From contig CM114271.1 of NCBI GenBank assembly GCA_050084515.1, positions 10,230,001 to 10,294,000 on the forward strand: a stretch of 64,000 bases of DNA. The letters are read 5' to 3'. The translations under genes were made by a program, and so were the position numbers. Below the pieces are notes generated by a model. The model saw only the letters and a program-made list of their open reading frames with translations. It was not told the origin of the DNA and ran no database searches. Source of the stretch: Blasia pusilla. Its lineage: Eukaryota. Of this stretch, positions 1 through 13,481 are shown piece after piece (position 1 is the first letter of the stretch; each line of letters opens with the position of its first letter).

Positions 1-856
1 TTCTCTATTCAATTCGGGCTTCAATTTGAACCTTCTCCGGATTTTCAATTGCAGGGATTCATAGATGCTGATTGGGCAGGAAGCGTGTCTGATCGACACT
101 CCACATCGGTTTATTCATTTACTTTGGGTAGCGCAGCTATAAGTTGGGCTTCAAAGAAGCAACCTACAGTTGCTTTATCTTCAATAGAGGCTAAGTATAG
201 AGGAGCAACCAATGCAGCATGTGAGGTGGTGTGGCTTCATCGATTACTTGTTGAGATTGGTGTTAGTAACTTAGGACCTAGTGTAATATACGCAGAAAAT
301 ATTAGTAGCATCAAGCTTGCTAATAACCATGTGTTTCATGCTCGTACAAAACATGTTGAGGTGCACTATCATTTTATCAGAGAGAAAGTGCTTGCAGGAG
401 AAATTGATCTTGTGTATATAGATACAGATTAGCAAATTGTTGACATCTTTACAAAGGCATTATCTAGAGATAAGTTTGAGATGTTTAGAAAGGATTTAGG
501 CGTTAGAGATATCGATATGAGCTTGAGGGGGAGTATTGAAGATTGAGTTAGAATCAGGCTCATGAGATACCTTAATTGCTATATTTGGCACTCATACGAA
601 GTAAGGGAGCTTAATCTTGGTTAGTCAATTAAGCACGATTATCTTAACTAGGGTTAGTTAATCACATTTAGGCTAACTCGAGACTATGGTTAAGCATAGG
701 GTTAGGGTTGCTTGTACATACCCTATGTAATTGAGAAGAGGACCAGCCTCCACTCATTCTTTCATTGCAAATTCCGTTCTCCATCGTGGTGTGTGTGTGA
801 GTGTGAGAGTAGTTTTCCACCAGTTATGCTTGTTTAGCAATTTTCCACAACTTACA
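1..856 (+). mobile_element. 3' end of a Ty1/Copia LTR retrotransposon (RNase H remnant, PPT, 3' LTR ~534-856)
   Basis: ORF 49-432 has Copia RNase H motifs (DADWAG, ISWASKKQPTVALSS, HARTKHVEVHYHFIRE). PPT GAGGGGGAG at 525-533. LTR starts TATTG (decayed TGTTG) and ends CTTACA at 856. Confidence 0.9.
49..432 (+). pseudogene. pol: Copia RNase H (pol C-terminus), premature stop
   Basis: DADWAG ... RTKHVEVHYHFIRE. Homology continues past the stop (*QIVDIFTKAL). Confidence 0.9.
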
Positions 857-1495
857 TGTTACGAGAGATGGCAACGGCTTTGTGTAGCATCCCATTATTT
901 ATGGCCAGAGATTTGTTGACATGTGGAGGTCGACCTGTTGATGTTTTTCAGTTGGCGCCGATGCTCTGTGAGAGCGATGAGTTTGGTTCTTCTAGTGTTG
1001 AGATTCGCACAGGAGATGTGGCAAAGGTACCCTTGGAGCACGTGTTCAGGACAAGGACCACAAAGAGTTGGCATGCAGTAGCGGCTAGAGTGGCAGAGTT
1101 GCTAGCTAGACGAGCGATGATGCGTGCAGCTGTCTCACCAGAAGTTGCTGTCTTGGACAACCAAGATGGAGTTTTCCACTTGGTTGGTCCATCCAGAGTC
1201 GTGTATCGACCGCAGAGAGTGTTATTTGATTCACGAGCATAACCCTTTATGTTGGGGAAGGCGGAATTTATATCGATGGGATTGCAGAAGTGTGAGATCA
1301 CTCTATGTCCATTCCAGATTCAGACTTCACTGGGAGGCACATCCCTGACACAGTTCATGACTCGTGATAAGATTGGAGTGAGGATTTGGCCTGATCATCC
1401 TACAGATAGTGCAATGGTGCGAACGCGAGCGGTTGTGACATTGGCCGAGTCTTATGATGTTTTGGTAGGGGCTACCATATTGTATCCTCTAGGCA
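857..1495 (+). pseudogene. Fragment of the DNMT-carrying Gypsy family: gag-pol linker plus aspartic protease
   Basis: MATALCSIPLF...VLFDSRA*PFMLGK...CPFQIQTSLGG...AESYDVLVG aligns with ORFs 35901-36104 and 35457-35882 (LLDSGAQPLMLGK...CPFQIQTSLGG...AESYDVLVG). Confidence 0.85.
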
Positions 1496-1499
1496 TACA

Positions 1500-1980
1500 A
1501 TACCACTTGTGCATCTTGTTGTTGTGAATGGTCAGGCATCTCTCTATCATCCAACCCTCCATAATCCCCTCCATGGAAATTATCGTATTGGGCAAAACCG
1601 TCATTCAACATTTGATATATGTCAACTCCTTCATCTACACCATGTTCGTGTACACTTGCGGTCTTAGGAAACACAACTCCTTCTACTTGAGTTTGACTCC
1701 CTTCTATAGCAGAAGTAACGATAGTGGCTTGATGAAGCCTACTATCACGCTCATCTTGCAAGCACCATTCTTCATTGGAGGAGTCAAATTCCTCTATGCC
1801 TTCCCAGATCCTACAAAGGGGGAAGAGTTGGTGTTTTTGTAGATGCTCTTCTACCTTATGCAAAGATATACTCTTATAACCCTTACAAAGATTACAAGGA
1901 TACCTAACACGACTTTGCCCATCCCTCCTTGCCCTGGCGTGCTCTTGACGCCATAGCTTAAGGTCATGTCTTGCAACTCT
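1500..1980 (-). pseudogene. CACTA (En/Spm) transposase N-terminal fragment
   Basis: Minus-strand translation YPCNLCKG...VEEHL...W resembles the transposase-associated Cys/His motif. VDEGVDIYQMLNDGFAQYD matches IDEDINVHRMINKAFHKFD of the CACTA relic at 51834-52235. Confidence 0.6.
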
Positions 1981-2916
1981 CTCAACATTGTTGAGAGGTT
2001 GTCTAACCCTTATGGTTTGGATGACTCATTATGGTTTCTCCTGAATATAGAAATTTTGATGCCCTAAACCCCCATCCCACGACACCAATTCAGATTTCAC
2101 ATCTTTCCCTTTCATCTCTCAGTTTACAAATGACTAAAACACCATAACATAATACGTATTTTCATACTTGCAGAAAATACTTCAATTGTAACAGCACCCA
2201 TATGATTAGTCTTCTTCTTCTTGCAACATTAAATGTCTCCAACGCCCTACTACAACAAGCCACATGTACATATAGAACAACACGTCAACATCTTTCCTAA
2301 AGTCAATGGTTATTTGACAATCAAAAGCTTGTAAACTCTTGAAACTAAGAGAACAAAAGAGTCTTAAAATTTAGAAAACAAGAGAGTCTTGAAACTGAGA
2401 GAGCAAGAGAGCAAAGCACTGGACTTCATGCAATTGGATTGCATGAATAGATATCAAACTATTTGGATGTAGTTGAGATAGATATAAAAATGTGAAAAGG
2501 AAAATTTGTTGATAAAATCATGGTGAACCAGATTTTGGTTTAACCTGAGCCAACCCTGGTCAAGCTTGTTACTCAGATTGCCAACCACCACGATTTATAT
2601 ACAAGTAGGAATCACCAGTGAAAAAATTTTACTAACACTTTCTCCAACAAAGAAGAGAAACCCTTTGTTGTATACTATCGTAAACTTCTATGTCACAATT
2701 GCCAAGTAGCCTCTACGTTGGAACAACTACATATTGAAGGAAACATACTAAGGTAGAAGCAACACCTACAAGGAATTCCTAACTCTATCCATGCATGATC
2801 CTATTCACTATAGCATGACAAAGTATTAGAATTTGCTCCAAACATGAGTGCTTACTACAAGCAAAGGACTACTTTGTTCTAAGGAAATCTTGAAAATAGG
2901 AAACATCAAGTATAGT

Positions 2917-4430
2917 GCAGTGGTGACTTGCTGCATTGAGCATTCCACATTCAAGCCCCAAGGTGAGTGAGTTCATCAAGAGGGGGTACAAGCATCGGGC
3001 CCATACGGACAATTGGTCTGCCAAACTGTGGCGCATGGTGTATGTGCTACCCGCGGCCCCTGAGGAAGAGCTTGACTATGACGCTCTTGTCCGAGAGGAA
3101 GAGCTTGAAGAATTGGGATGTGTGATAGTAGAGCGTTTGGGAAGAAACAACTACAAGCCTCAGATGCTAAGCTCACCCTTGTTTGCACAGTTCGTAAGTT
3201 TGTAAGTTGTACCAGATTCTATTCAATTCTGGTATGACATATTATATGAGCAACAAACTCGTGAAGTAGTGTTACACTCTTTGGAACATGTATTTGCATC
3301 CCAAAGAGCCAAGAGAAGATTTTGTTGGGCTTGTACACGCCATGTAATTGATTTGGTGGGAGCCTTGACTCCGGGGGAGAAGTCTCATCTTTCTCCCTTC
3401 TTTTTCCACTTATACCTACACATCGAGGAGATTTCACCTAACAAAGCATCGTATTGGATCATTGTAATGCCAATAAGAAAGCCAAGAAGGCTCGAAGCAT
3501 GTGCTTCCGGCATCCGAGAGGCAGTAGCAACAACGCCTCAAAGTGTGCCAAGAATGAGGGAAAGACCGGCGGAAGGATCTTTTCCCCGCCCACCCTTGCA
3601 TTCACCAAAATTTCCAAGACTTAAGAGGGTCAGGCTCGAGTTGCAAGAAGATGAAGAAGCGACTAAGACACCCATGGCAGCCAAAGTTGAGCCGACTATA
3701 ATTCCTTCGAGTTGAGGAGATAGCTTTGCGATACATCCAGTGAATACGACCTTGAAGCACTTGACCTCGTTCCTAAGGGTTGCCGAACTTTTTCTTCAAG
3801 AATTGAAGAAGATCGGTAACTTATCCAACCACGCTCTTGCACAAGACTACTTGGATATCCTTACAGCGATGGAGCACAAAGCCGTGGAGACGCAATTGTA
3901 GAGAACACTTCGGGAGTCCATGGAAAGATAGACCCGCACCCATGAGAAGGAAATTGGGGAGCTTCAAAAGTCTCTTTGCAGAGCCAAGGCAGAGTTGGTG
4001 GAAGCCAGGTATGAATCCCGCAATGCCCGACAGTCGGAGAGTCTTGTAGTCGACATCGAGCATGGAGCGGATCAGCTCTTTGCACAATTATAGTAGTCTT
4101 CACTCTACACGGACAAGCTCCAAGAGCGGATTGATCTTCTCCAAGCAGGCCTTAAGACTGCAATGCTGGAGAACGCCAAGAAGGGTAAGCTCCTCATGGA
4201 CCAACAACATACAAAGATCAACTTGGTATCCCAATGGAGCCAAGCCACGGCAAAGGTTGCAGTGCTTGAGGCTGATCAAAAGCTTCACGTTGAACTACGC
4301 AAAGAACCAGAGGAGACACAAGACTTGATCAATGAAGCTCTCTAGAACTTTGAAGCCCACATAACTTAAGAATTGGAATATGTGGATAGTTTGAGCATTG
4401 GCGGCAATAGTTTGAGCAACATAATGTTGT
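2917..4430 (+). pseudogene. Extra (post-pol) ORF of the Athila-like element, unknown function, coiled-coil-like C-terminus
   Basis: ERLGRNNYKPQMLSSPLFAQF vs DRLGRNGYKATSLSPPFFGQF (13734). LVSQWSQATAKVAVLEADQKL vs LVAQWSEATARIVVLEAEQKL (14794). Confidence 0.75.
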
Positions 4431-4738
4431 GTTACCTAAGGTTGAAGAACCCCCATGTATGCAGGATCCACCCATAACTCCTTTCGTGCCTATTGAAGTG
4501 TGAATTCAGAACAAAGTCTTGGGTTCTTCGAAGGTGGTAGTAGGGTGGAGAGAAAGAATGTGGAATACTATGCCCAACATCATCAACACACCCTCGACCA
4601 TTCATGGCCGACCTCCCCCTAATGTCAAAATCATAGAATTGTTGGATGATAGGAGTCCTTAGGTATATTGCCGCAGTAGAGTAGAATAGAGGAGAGGAGA
4701 GTGTTTGAAGGGACATCTCACATTTGAGGGAGGAGGTA

Positions 4739-6169
4739 TGTAGTGCCCACCTTTTTTTAATTTTGAGAAAGAAGTCTATTTTTGTACATAATTGTAGTGA
4801 AGTCTTCATTGAGTGAAAACTAAAGACTCAATACCGGAAGTAAAGATGTATTCTTTACAAAAATCGTGTGGAAACATGGAATGACAAAACTCTAAAGAAA
4901 GGACAAGATATAGGAAGAGATTAAGGATTGTCTTGGAGGAGTGAAACTTGTATAAAAGTAGGAAAAGAGTGGGAAAGAAGAAAGAGTAAGAGGCGCGGGT
5001 ACTTCTCAGGGAAGACCGTAGTATGAATAGTAGTGAAGATTGTCAATGAGGACTGTAAAAGACTTCTTCTTTGCAGAAAAAGATCCAAAGGAGTCTTCGT
5101 GCAAAGATTGTGAACATAGAACAAAGATCGAAGACCAAAGAGCGAAGATTAAAAAATCCAAGAAGGAAGAGGACAAAGAAGAGGAAAGTAAAGAGTCTTC
5201 ACAAAGCAAAAAGGTGTATGAAGAATAGGAATAGAAAGAGAAATAATGTGTTGAAGAAAGAAAATTGAAAGGAAGTCGCAAGGAGGACTCTTCGCAAAGA
5301 TAGGAAAGCGAAGACCGCGAAGACTGTGAAGAATGAACCGTCACGGTAGTTTCAGAAGCTAGAAATGTATAGGTGCAACGGTTCAAAAGGAAGCGGAAAG
5401 GAATCAACAGAGCAACCAACTGACCTGAAGGAAGTAAAGGGTTGGAGGATCTGAACCGCCGGATTGACAATTGGAAATCTAGAGTAGAATAGGAAGAGCT
5501 AGGAATTATAAGAAACTATTTAAAGAATAGAGCAGAAGAACAAGGGATCATTCCCTTGTATCTTGAGTTCCCAGTACTTTTGGTGGATTGTGTGAGAAGG
5601 TCTTTAGGGGATGATCTAAGCCAAAGAGTCTTATACCCTCGAAAGCTTGTAATACTTTCTAGTTCTTTCCACTCTTTGATGCAGTAGAAGTGGCTTCTCT
5701 CATGCTTTCTGATGTGAGGAGTTCAATGCAAATCTATTGGGCTGCGGTATGAATTAGAGTTGAGTCTTTGGTCCTAGGATTCCAAGATTCCATAAGATAA
5801 TCATGAAGAGCATAGGAAAGCTGTTAGATAGTGAGTAACCTGTTGTGACTGATTCAGTTCATAGAGTAGGGTGAGCCCCTATCTTCTTGAGGTCTCTTTG
5901 AGATCTTCGTTGGAAGTTTGTTATCAAAGATTTGCAAGAGTCTTTATCTGCACTTGAGAAGAGTCTTTTCCAAGAGGGAAGAAAACCATTTGATCTTTTG
6001 TACTAGTGAAGATTTAGTTATTGAAGGTAGTTAAGTACTTAGTGAAGAAGGATTTATTCTTGGATTTTTCTTATAAAACCTCTCTTTACTTAGGAAATGG
6101 TGATCTCTTAGGAACAAACTTAATACTTTTGATTAAAAGAGTATCTTTTTCCTTGATTTCTACATTACA
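4739..6169 (+). repeat. 3' LTR of Athila-like element B
   Basis: TGTAGTGCCCACC...CATTACA. Reverse-complement match to 27305-28856. Confidence 0.9.
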
Positions 6170-6174
6170 AGCAC

Positions 6175-6449
<275 letters not shown>

Positions 6450-7537
6450 ATGTGATGAAACGTTTCTTGGTTGAACTTGGAAGCTCCGCACGAACAAGTT
6501 GTTTGGTCAGCACTCACACTATATGAGAGCTTCTCTGACCATGTGGTAAGTATGTTGTTGGTATTGACACATCATCTCCATGACTGGATTTAATAGGACT
6601 AAACTTAGCCACATCCATAACATCCTGGTAATCAACTGCTTTCTCCTCCTGAGTACTTAATGAGTCACTACTTAATGAGTATAGTCTCTCCTCCTGAAGT
6701 TCTCAATGCTATGGGTAGGGAGATCAAATTCAAGACCAAATTGGTACTCTGACGTAGAACTGGAATATTTGGGATTGAGTGCTTGAGCAACCTTATTTGC
6801 CACACGGAAAAAGCTCAAATATCAGCGGAGTACCACGTAATTGTCCAGCCATATGCACCAATTGCTTTATTACTGCCAACAACAGTTTGGTGAATTATTT
6901 TTACACCATAATAATTTTATGTAAGTCCAAAACATTGAAAGTTGAATGGAAATTTTGTACAAAATCCAGCCTCCTCAACCCCATTGGCTTTAGACAAGGC
7001 AGCCAAGCAATCTGCGAATGCATATCCATACTCTTGTAGGTGAGAGAGAACTTCATTGGCTACTCTTAAAGCCTTATTATGTCTCTCAAGTCCTACTCTT
7101 CTTCAACTTGGATCTTGAACTTTTTCTTTGAATTTGATGTAGCTTAAGCCATTTTTTCTCAAAGTCACAAATGTGCTTGATAAGCTCCAATGTTCAACAA
7201 TGTCAGGAAACTCTCCAGACTTTTGCAAATTTTTTTCGTTGTAACTAGCACTATACTCATATGGAAATCCAATAGGCTACTTAATGATTATAATCTCTCT
7301 GGCTCGCATGCATGCAATCCTAACGCTTTTGACTCACTGTGTCTGGGTATGAAATTGTTGAGGGTGAGCATCAGTTGTGGCAAGGAGGGTTGAAGAGTTT
7401 ACTCATGATAGATCAATCTGTCCAATGTCTGCAAATTCTCTCGCATTCAAAAGCAACAATCCAGTTTAGAAATAAAAGGTGTAGATCACAAAGACCTCTA
7501 TGTTGCATTATCACATTCAACTTGGAAGAAACCAAAG

Positions 7538-7883
7538 ATTGTGACCAATCCGCGCCAAATAACTGCCAAAAAGATCTCTCCTCTAGTGCTTCACGAAGCT
7601 CGCTTGAGATACCTAGGGCCGGGAACACTCCACACTTCATAAGAGCCATGGCCGCATCTCGAGCCATCACTTCTTGCTTCCGTTTGAGTTTGCGCGATTT
7701 CTGAATTGCCCTCTTTGGTTGGCTTTTGGGGTCCCTCAACCTCTAGCCATGTGAAGTAAGCTATTTTGCCCCTCCCTCGGCCCTCTTGGCTCATGATAAC
7801 GGTGAGTCTTACCTAACGGCTACTTCTTTCGTAACATCATCTTAGCGCTCTTCATGATTTAGTGCAAAGACCTCGAAAATAAA
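7538..7883 (-). pseudogene. N-terminus of the element B extra ORF and its upstream spacer
   Basis: ISSELREALEERSFWQLFGADW aligns with LSPELVEELEEQSLANFFQENW (13482 ORF). Joins in frame to position 2917 (W-S-Q-C-S-G-D-L-L vs W-T-L-T-S-G-E-L-L). Confidence 0.7.
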
Positions 7884-8527
<644 letters not shown>

Positions 8528-8528
<1 letters not shown>

Positions 8529-8543
8529 CAAAGAGAGGATGAG
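8528..8543 (+). promoter_or_regulatory. Putative self-priming primer-binding site of copy 1
   Basis: ACAAAGAGAGGATGAG directly after A1 is complementary (15/16) to CTCATTCTCTCTTTGT at 8353-8368. Confidence 0.65.
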
Positions 8544-10009
8544 AGGATGAGAGAGCTTCAATGGAGGAGCTTGCTGGTTACTCGCTATTGGTGCAGGTTG
8601 GGGAATAAGTTCCCAATTCAGCGGCTCATAGGAGTGCTCACCGGAGCAAGCGCTACTTATTTTTATTCTTTTCCATTGCCGATTTTTTGTGCGGAAGCGC
8701 TGCCCAAATTTCTTTAAAGATGAAGTTTGGGGGCAGATTTCCCCATTCCACTGCTCTCGAGAGCACCACGTAGCTTTCTGGTTTGTGATTTTACAGATCT
8801 GAAGTTTTATGTGGAAGAAAATAGCGTGCAAGCACTATCAATTTTGTCCAAGGAGTGCAGATCTGAAGGGTTGCACGACTGTTCCCTTCAGTTTTTGTGG
8901 GAAAGTCGAATGAAAGAAAAAAAAGACAATGTCATAGATCACAAAGCTGTGCATATTGTGGATTTAATGGTGCGTGATTTTGAGGTGTGAGCAAAAAGTT
9001 ATGGTCAATCTTGCAAAACTTCCATTGCTAGGCGATTTCTAGGGTAAAATGGTTCAAACCCTAAACTAGCCACCACACCGGCAACGGCCGTCGTAGTCAT
9101 AGTCGCCGTCACCATCAACAGTCCACCATCATCTTCAATGATCCACCTTTGCCATCACCATCGCCGTTTGGCCATTGTCCGCCATTGGTTGCCATTGCCA
9201 TTGCCGCCATGACGGAGTGGATGGTCTTTCACAACGATCGTTGATTCTCTAACTTGAGCCGCCAACACGTACTTTGTTGTGGCCACGGCCACCATCGTAG
9301 TTTGTCATCAACCAGTGATGGCAGGTGACCTCGCGTTGATGGTGTTTGAGTTTTCATCTGCTATGTTGTGATTGGTAGCCGCTTGACGATGATCAAGTAG
9401 CGTGCCATGACGCCCATAACCATAACGCGTCACTGATTGTCGCGCCGTGCCGCTTGTGGCCGCACCGCACCATCTCAATCATGGAGCCGATCCTTCACTA
9501 AGGTATAGAGTGTGTATATTGCTGATTGAGGAGGGTATGCCGCGGAGTGCCGAATCACATTATCGAGTTCCGTGCCGTTCCATGCCGCATCGTACCACTG
9601 GATCCGCACCGCATAATAAGGAGATTTGAGCATTGTCAGTACTAGAGAGGTAGGGGCTGATTGGAGAATTTTGTCGTTAGGACCGAGTTGGGGTCAAGGT
9701 TTGCAGTTGCTAAGGAGCGATCGACATTTATTCAGGTTACCCATTCTGGTCTTTTGCCTATATGTGTCAGGGAATTATGCGTATTGGGTAGTTATTTGGA
9801 ATATTTGGTTTCCTGCAGATGCTAAGAGCATCTTTGATGTATGGGTTTAGAGGACATAGATTTGTGTAGGGTGTCCAAAGTTAAGGGTATGTGTTGTTCA
9901 TGAGATGATAGGACAGTAGTTGATTTGCCGCACCACGCCGCTTGTTGTCACACAACACACTTCTTAGTGAGAGAGAGTGTAGATTGAGTTCCGCATATTA
10001 TTCTGAGTG

Positions 10010-11227
10010 TGTGATACCCACAATTTTGTAATCTTGAAGAATATATCTTTTTATTCAACGAAGACTCTTGTATATTATGATTTTGATTATGATTATTTAT
10101 TATTATGAAGAAGAATAAGTGAATCACGAAGCTCTTGGGACAAGGCAGAGAGATGGAAGATCAAGGATTTGCCTTAGAGGAGAGAAAAATGCAATAACGA
10201 AGTCTCAAGAAGCTTAACGAAGCTTAACGAAGATGTACGAAGCTCTGTCTATGAAGTGCTTTGCTACATAACGAAGCATCACGAAGAAAAGAAGAACGAA
10301 GTACTTCGCTCTTTAACGAAGCGCGAAGCACGAAGTACGAAGCACAAGAGATAAGAATGAAGCATGGAGTACTTCGTTCTCCTGAAGTCCAACAAAGTGA
10401 AGCTAAGAAGGACTGTGATTTCAAGAGACACATGTTAAAACAGTTAGACTAGGAAAGGGCGCGACCCTTTGTATCAAATTGGTAGTTAGAACAGTTTTGT
10501 ACTACGGATTCAGAGGGATCATAGGAAGAGCTAAGAGAACCATAGATCTAGGTAGTTAGAAACAATGAAGAGACACTAGCTTCATCAAGAACGTTTCGAA
10601 TCTTTGGATCACTTCCACTCCAACGAATATTTAAGAAGCAAGGCAGAAGCCATTATTATCATTCTTTTACGAAGTCCTTATGTTGTAGGAATGGTCCGAG
10701 CAAGAGAGTAGTACCCTCTCGAGCTTGTATACACTTTGAAGCTTTCTCGTTCTTGATGGAGTAGTAAAGCAATCATTCATTCATTCTGATGTGCGATGCT
10801 TATGTCTGAGTATTCTTTTTGGGTCTGTAGAATGAGGAGTGAACCAGGCGAACCTTTCTCATCAGTGAAATTATCAACATGAGTTGTAGGAAATCTGTTT
10901 GACAGAGAGTAACCTGCCGAGACGGATTGAGTTCTGAAAGTAGGAGAAGCCAGCTTTTGTGTTGAGATCTCTGTGAGGTTTCTTGATGTCGAGAGGAAAA
11001 TCTACCTGAACATGCTGTCAATTCCACTAGAGAGAATCAAGAAAAGATCCTTTGGTTCTAAGAAAGATCATAAGATATTGATAAGACATTGAATATAACT
11101 CACACACCTTTAAATACAACTATTACAACAGAATTGTAATTCCGAACTCTCTTTTCATCAAACAATGATCCTCTTGGGGATCGAACTTACTAAATCAACT
11201 ATAAAATAGAAACACTTATACATTACA
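10010..11227 (+). mobile_element. Solo LTR of Athila-like family D
   Basis: TGTGATACC...CATTACA with perfect 5-bp TSD GAGTG (10005-10009, 11228-11232). Matches the LTR at 15376-16649. Confidence 0.95.
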
Positions 11228-11349
11228 GAGTGATTGATTGATTACTCCATGATCACGTCAAAGGGGCACGAGGGTCATCACGATGTCATTTTGGGACTTT
11301 GAGAGGTGAGGTGGTGGACCCGAGAGTAGCTCTACAAGTTTTACGAGGA

Positions 11350-11830
11350 GTGGCATGAGGTTTCGAGGGTCTCCACGTGAGAGACTACCTCAACCTCCTT
11401 TAGTGTCATCTTTAGACAAGGGGGAGAGTGTAGAGGAGTGTGTTACTACATTACCACACACAATTATTTGTCCTACCGCTTGGGAGTATGAGATGGATGA
11501 TCGGGGTGGAGGACTGCGTAGGTTTTTGGGTGCTATAGGCACTATAGGGCTACACCACTTCATTGCGTAGTTTAGGAGTTGGTATGACTCATAGCGAGCC
11601 ATGAACTCTAGAGAGGTCAACCTGTTTATAGCATGGAACGGTATGTTCCACCACTTAGTGGGGGCACCCATGGATGATTACCATGAGTTCTCCCACATAT
11701 ATGCCTAGAAGATTGAGGCATTGCGACTCTACTATGACCCACACTATATATCATGGACAAAGCCATTCCCAGATGATGAGGAGGAGGAGTCATGAGAGGC
11801 TACTTCCTCTTCCACTAGTGACGTTTTAGG
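11350..11830 (+). pseudogene. gag: gag remnant of DNMT-Gypsy copy 1
   Basis: LRRFLGAIGTIGL...FIAWNGMFHHLVGAPMDDYHEF aligns with PRRYLGAVGTIEL...FLAWKGLFQRLEGPPMDDYHEF in ORF 36897-37889. Confidence 0.8.
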
Positions 11831-11983
11831 AGGGATAACTTGCATTGGAGTAGTTCTCTTCTAGTTTTTTTAACTATGGTTAGTTCTGCAAACTATGGTT
11901 GGAAGTTTATCATAGTTACAAGTCTCAGTTAGTTTACTAGTTACCTCTTTAACTATTCTTGTGAGTTTTGGTTATGCTTAATT

Positions 11984-12130
11984 GTGCACATGGTGTCTTT
12001 GGCCTACCCCTTTGTCTTTGGCTTTGTTGTCTTTATCCTGCACATGGTGTGCTGGCCTACCCCTGTTGTGCTGGCTTGTTGTGTTGTCCTGCTCATAATG
12101 TGCTAGCCTATTCCTGGTGTGCTGGCCTGC
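11984..12130. repeat. Short tandem repeat, about 3 degenerate units of ~50 bp
   Basis: Recurring GCACATGGTGTGCTGGCCTACCCC...TGGCTT unit. Confidence 0.7.
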
Positions 12131-12139
12131 TCAGCCAGC

Positions 12140-13197
12140 CAAAAAATACCGTTAAAAATACCGTTAAGAAAATCTTGGCCGCACGTTATTGGTGGCCAAC
12201 TATGTACAAAGATGTAGGTAACTTTATTCAAAGTTGTGATGCATGCCAAAGAGCAGGTCGACCAACGGCTACCTCAAGGTGGCCTTTGATACCCATCATG
12301 CCGCTAGCGCTACTTGAAAAATGGGGTATTGACTTTGTGGGCCCCATTTCCCCCGCTACTCGCCACATAAGGCGAAAATATATTTTGATAGCTACCAACT
12401 ATTGTACCAAGATGGTGGAGGCGGTGGCTACGCGCAAAGATGATAGTGAGGCTATGGTCAAATTTTTATACGAAATGATTATCACCCGGTATGGTTGCCC
12501 GTTGGAAATAGTAAGCAATCGAGGCACCCATTTTCTAAACCAGACTATTCAGTCTTTAACGTCACACTTTCTCATTAAGCATTGGAAGACCACGCTCTAC
12601 AACCCTAAAGCCAACGGGTTGACTGAAAAATGTAACGGCCTGATCTGCCAGATATTGAATCAATTGATGGTTACATATTCCTATGATTTGGACATGAAAA
12701 TCTCCGCGGCTTTGTGGGCATACCAAACAGCCAAGAAGATTACTACAAAGTATACCCCGTTCTTCTTGACTTATGGCATTCATCCCTTAACACCTATTGA
12801 ATGGGCTTTGCCCACTTATCGAGTGTTGGAAGGAACAAGAAAGGAGGCGATCGGCGAGGTTTTCCAGGGAAGGAATGAGACCTTAGTTGCGTTGGAGGAA
12901 GCACGCACGTTGGCTTTACGCCAGACCAAACGTGTGCAAAACGAACGCAAGCACCAATACGATTGACATCTCCGGCCGCAATCTATAAGCGTTGGAGACC
13001 TGGTGGTGTTGTATGATAACCGTCGGATAAAGTTCCCCGGAAAGTTAAAATTGAAGTGGATGGGACCTTATCGGGTATTGTCCATCTATGATAACGGATC
13101 ACTGCAGTTGGGGACCTTACAGGGCAAATCCCTGCCCACTCGTGTCAATGGGATGCATGTTTGGCGGTATCATGAGCCTCAACCCTACCCGGACTGA
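12140..13197 (+). pseudogene. pol: Gypsy integrase (rve core and GPY/F motif)
   Basis: YWWPTMYKDV...CDACQR, WGIDFVGPI, YGCPLEIVSNRG, YNPKANGLTEK, WMGPY. Confidence 0.95.
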
Positions 13198-13481
13198 AAC
13201 CGGAGGGAAGGGGGTGAGCGAGTGCCTGAAGCTTTGCAAAGGCGCGAAGCGCGATGTATGGGAGCTTTGCAGATGCGTGAAGCGCGAGAGTATTTGAGCT
13301 TCGCAAAAGAGCGAAGCGCCAAACTGACTATTGCACTCCCGGCACCAAGGCCAAGAACCCGCACAATGCTGGGACTATATAAGTGTCCCTACTTAACCGG
13401 ACGGGTATTTTCATGGACGGAGTCACCACAAAGTTGCGTAGCAGACCAAAGCGGGGCGTTCACTGAGATCGACCTACCAGC

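Larger units (their letters stand above)
2917..6169 (+). mobile_element. Inverted 3' part of Athila-like Gypsy element B (extra ORF, PPT, 3' LTR)
   Basis: Extra-ORF remnant homologous to 13480-15168. PPT GAGGGAGGAGG at 4726-4736. LTR 4739-6169 (TG...CA) matches 27305-28856 (-) and is followed by AGCAC. Confidence 0.85.

Noticed and set aside
5006-5470. K/E-rich or S/F-rich ORFs here and at 28044-28555
   Set aside because: Lie inside purine-skewed LTR sequence; low-complexity artefacts.
6450-7537. Possible decayed ORF on the minus strand
   Set aside because: Many stops and no recognisable motif; left unannotated.
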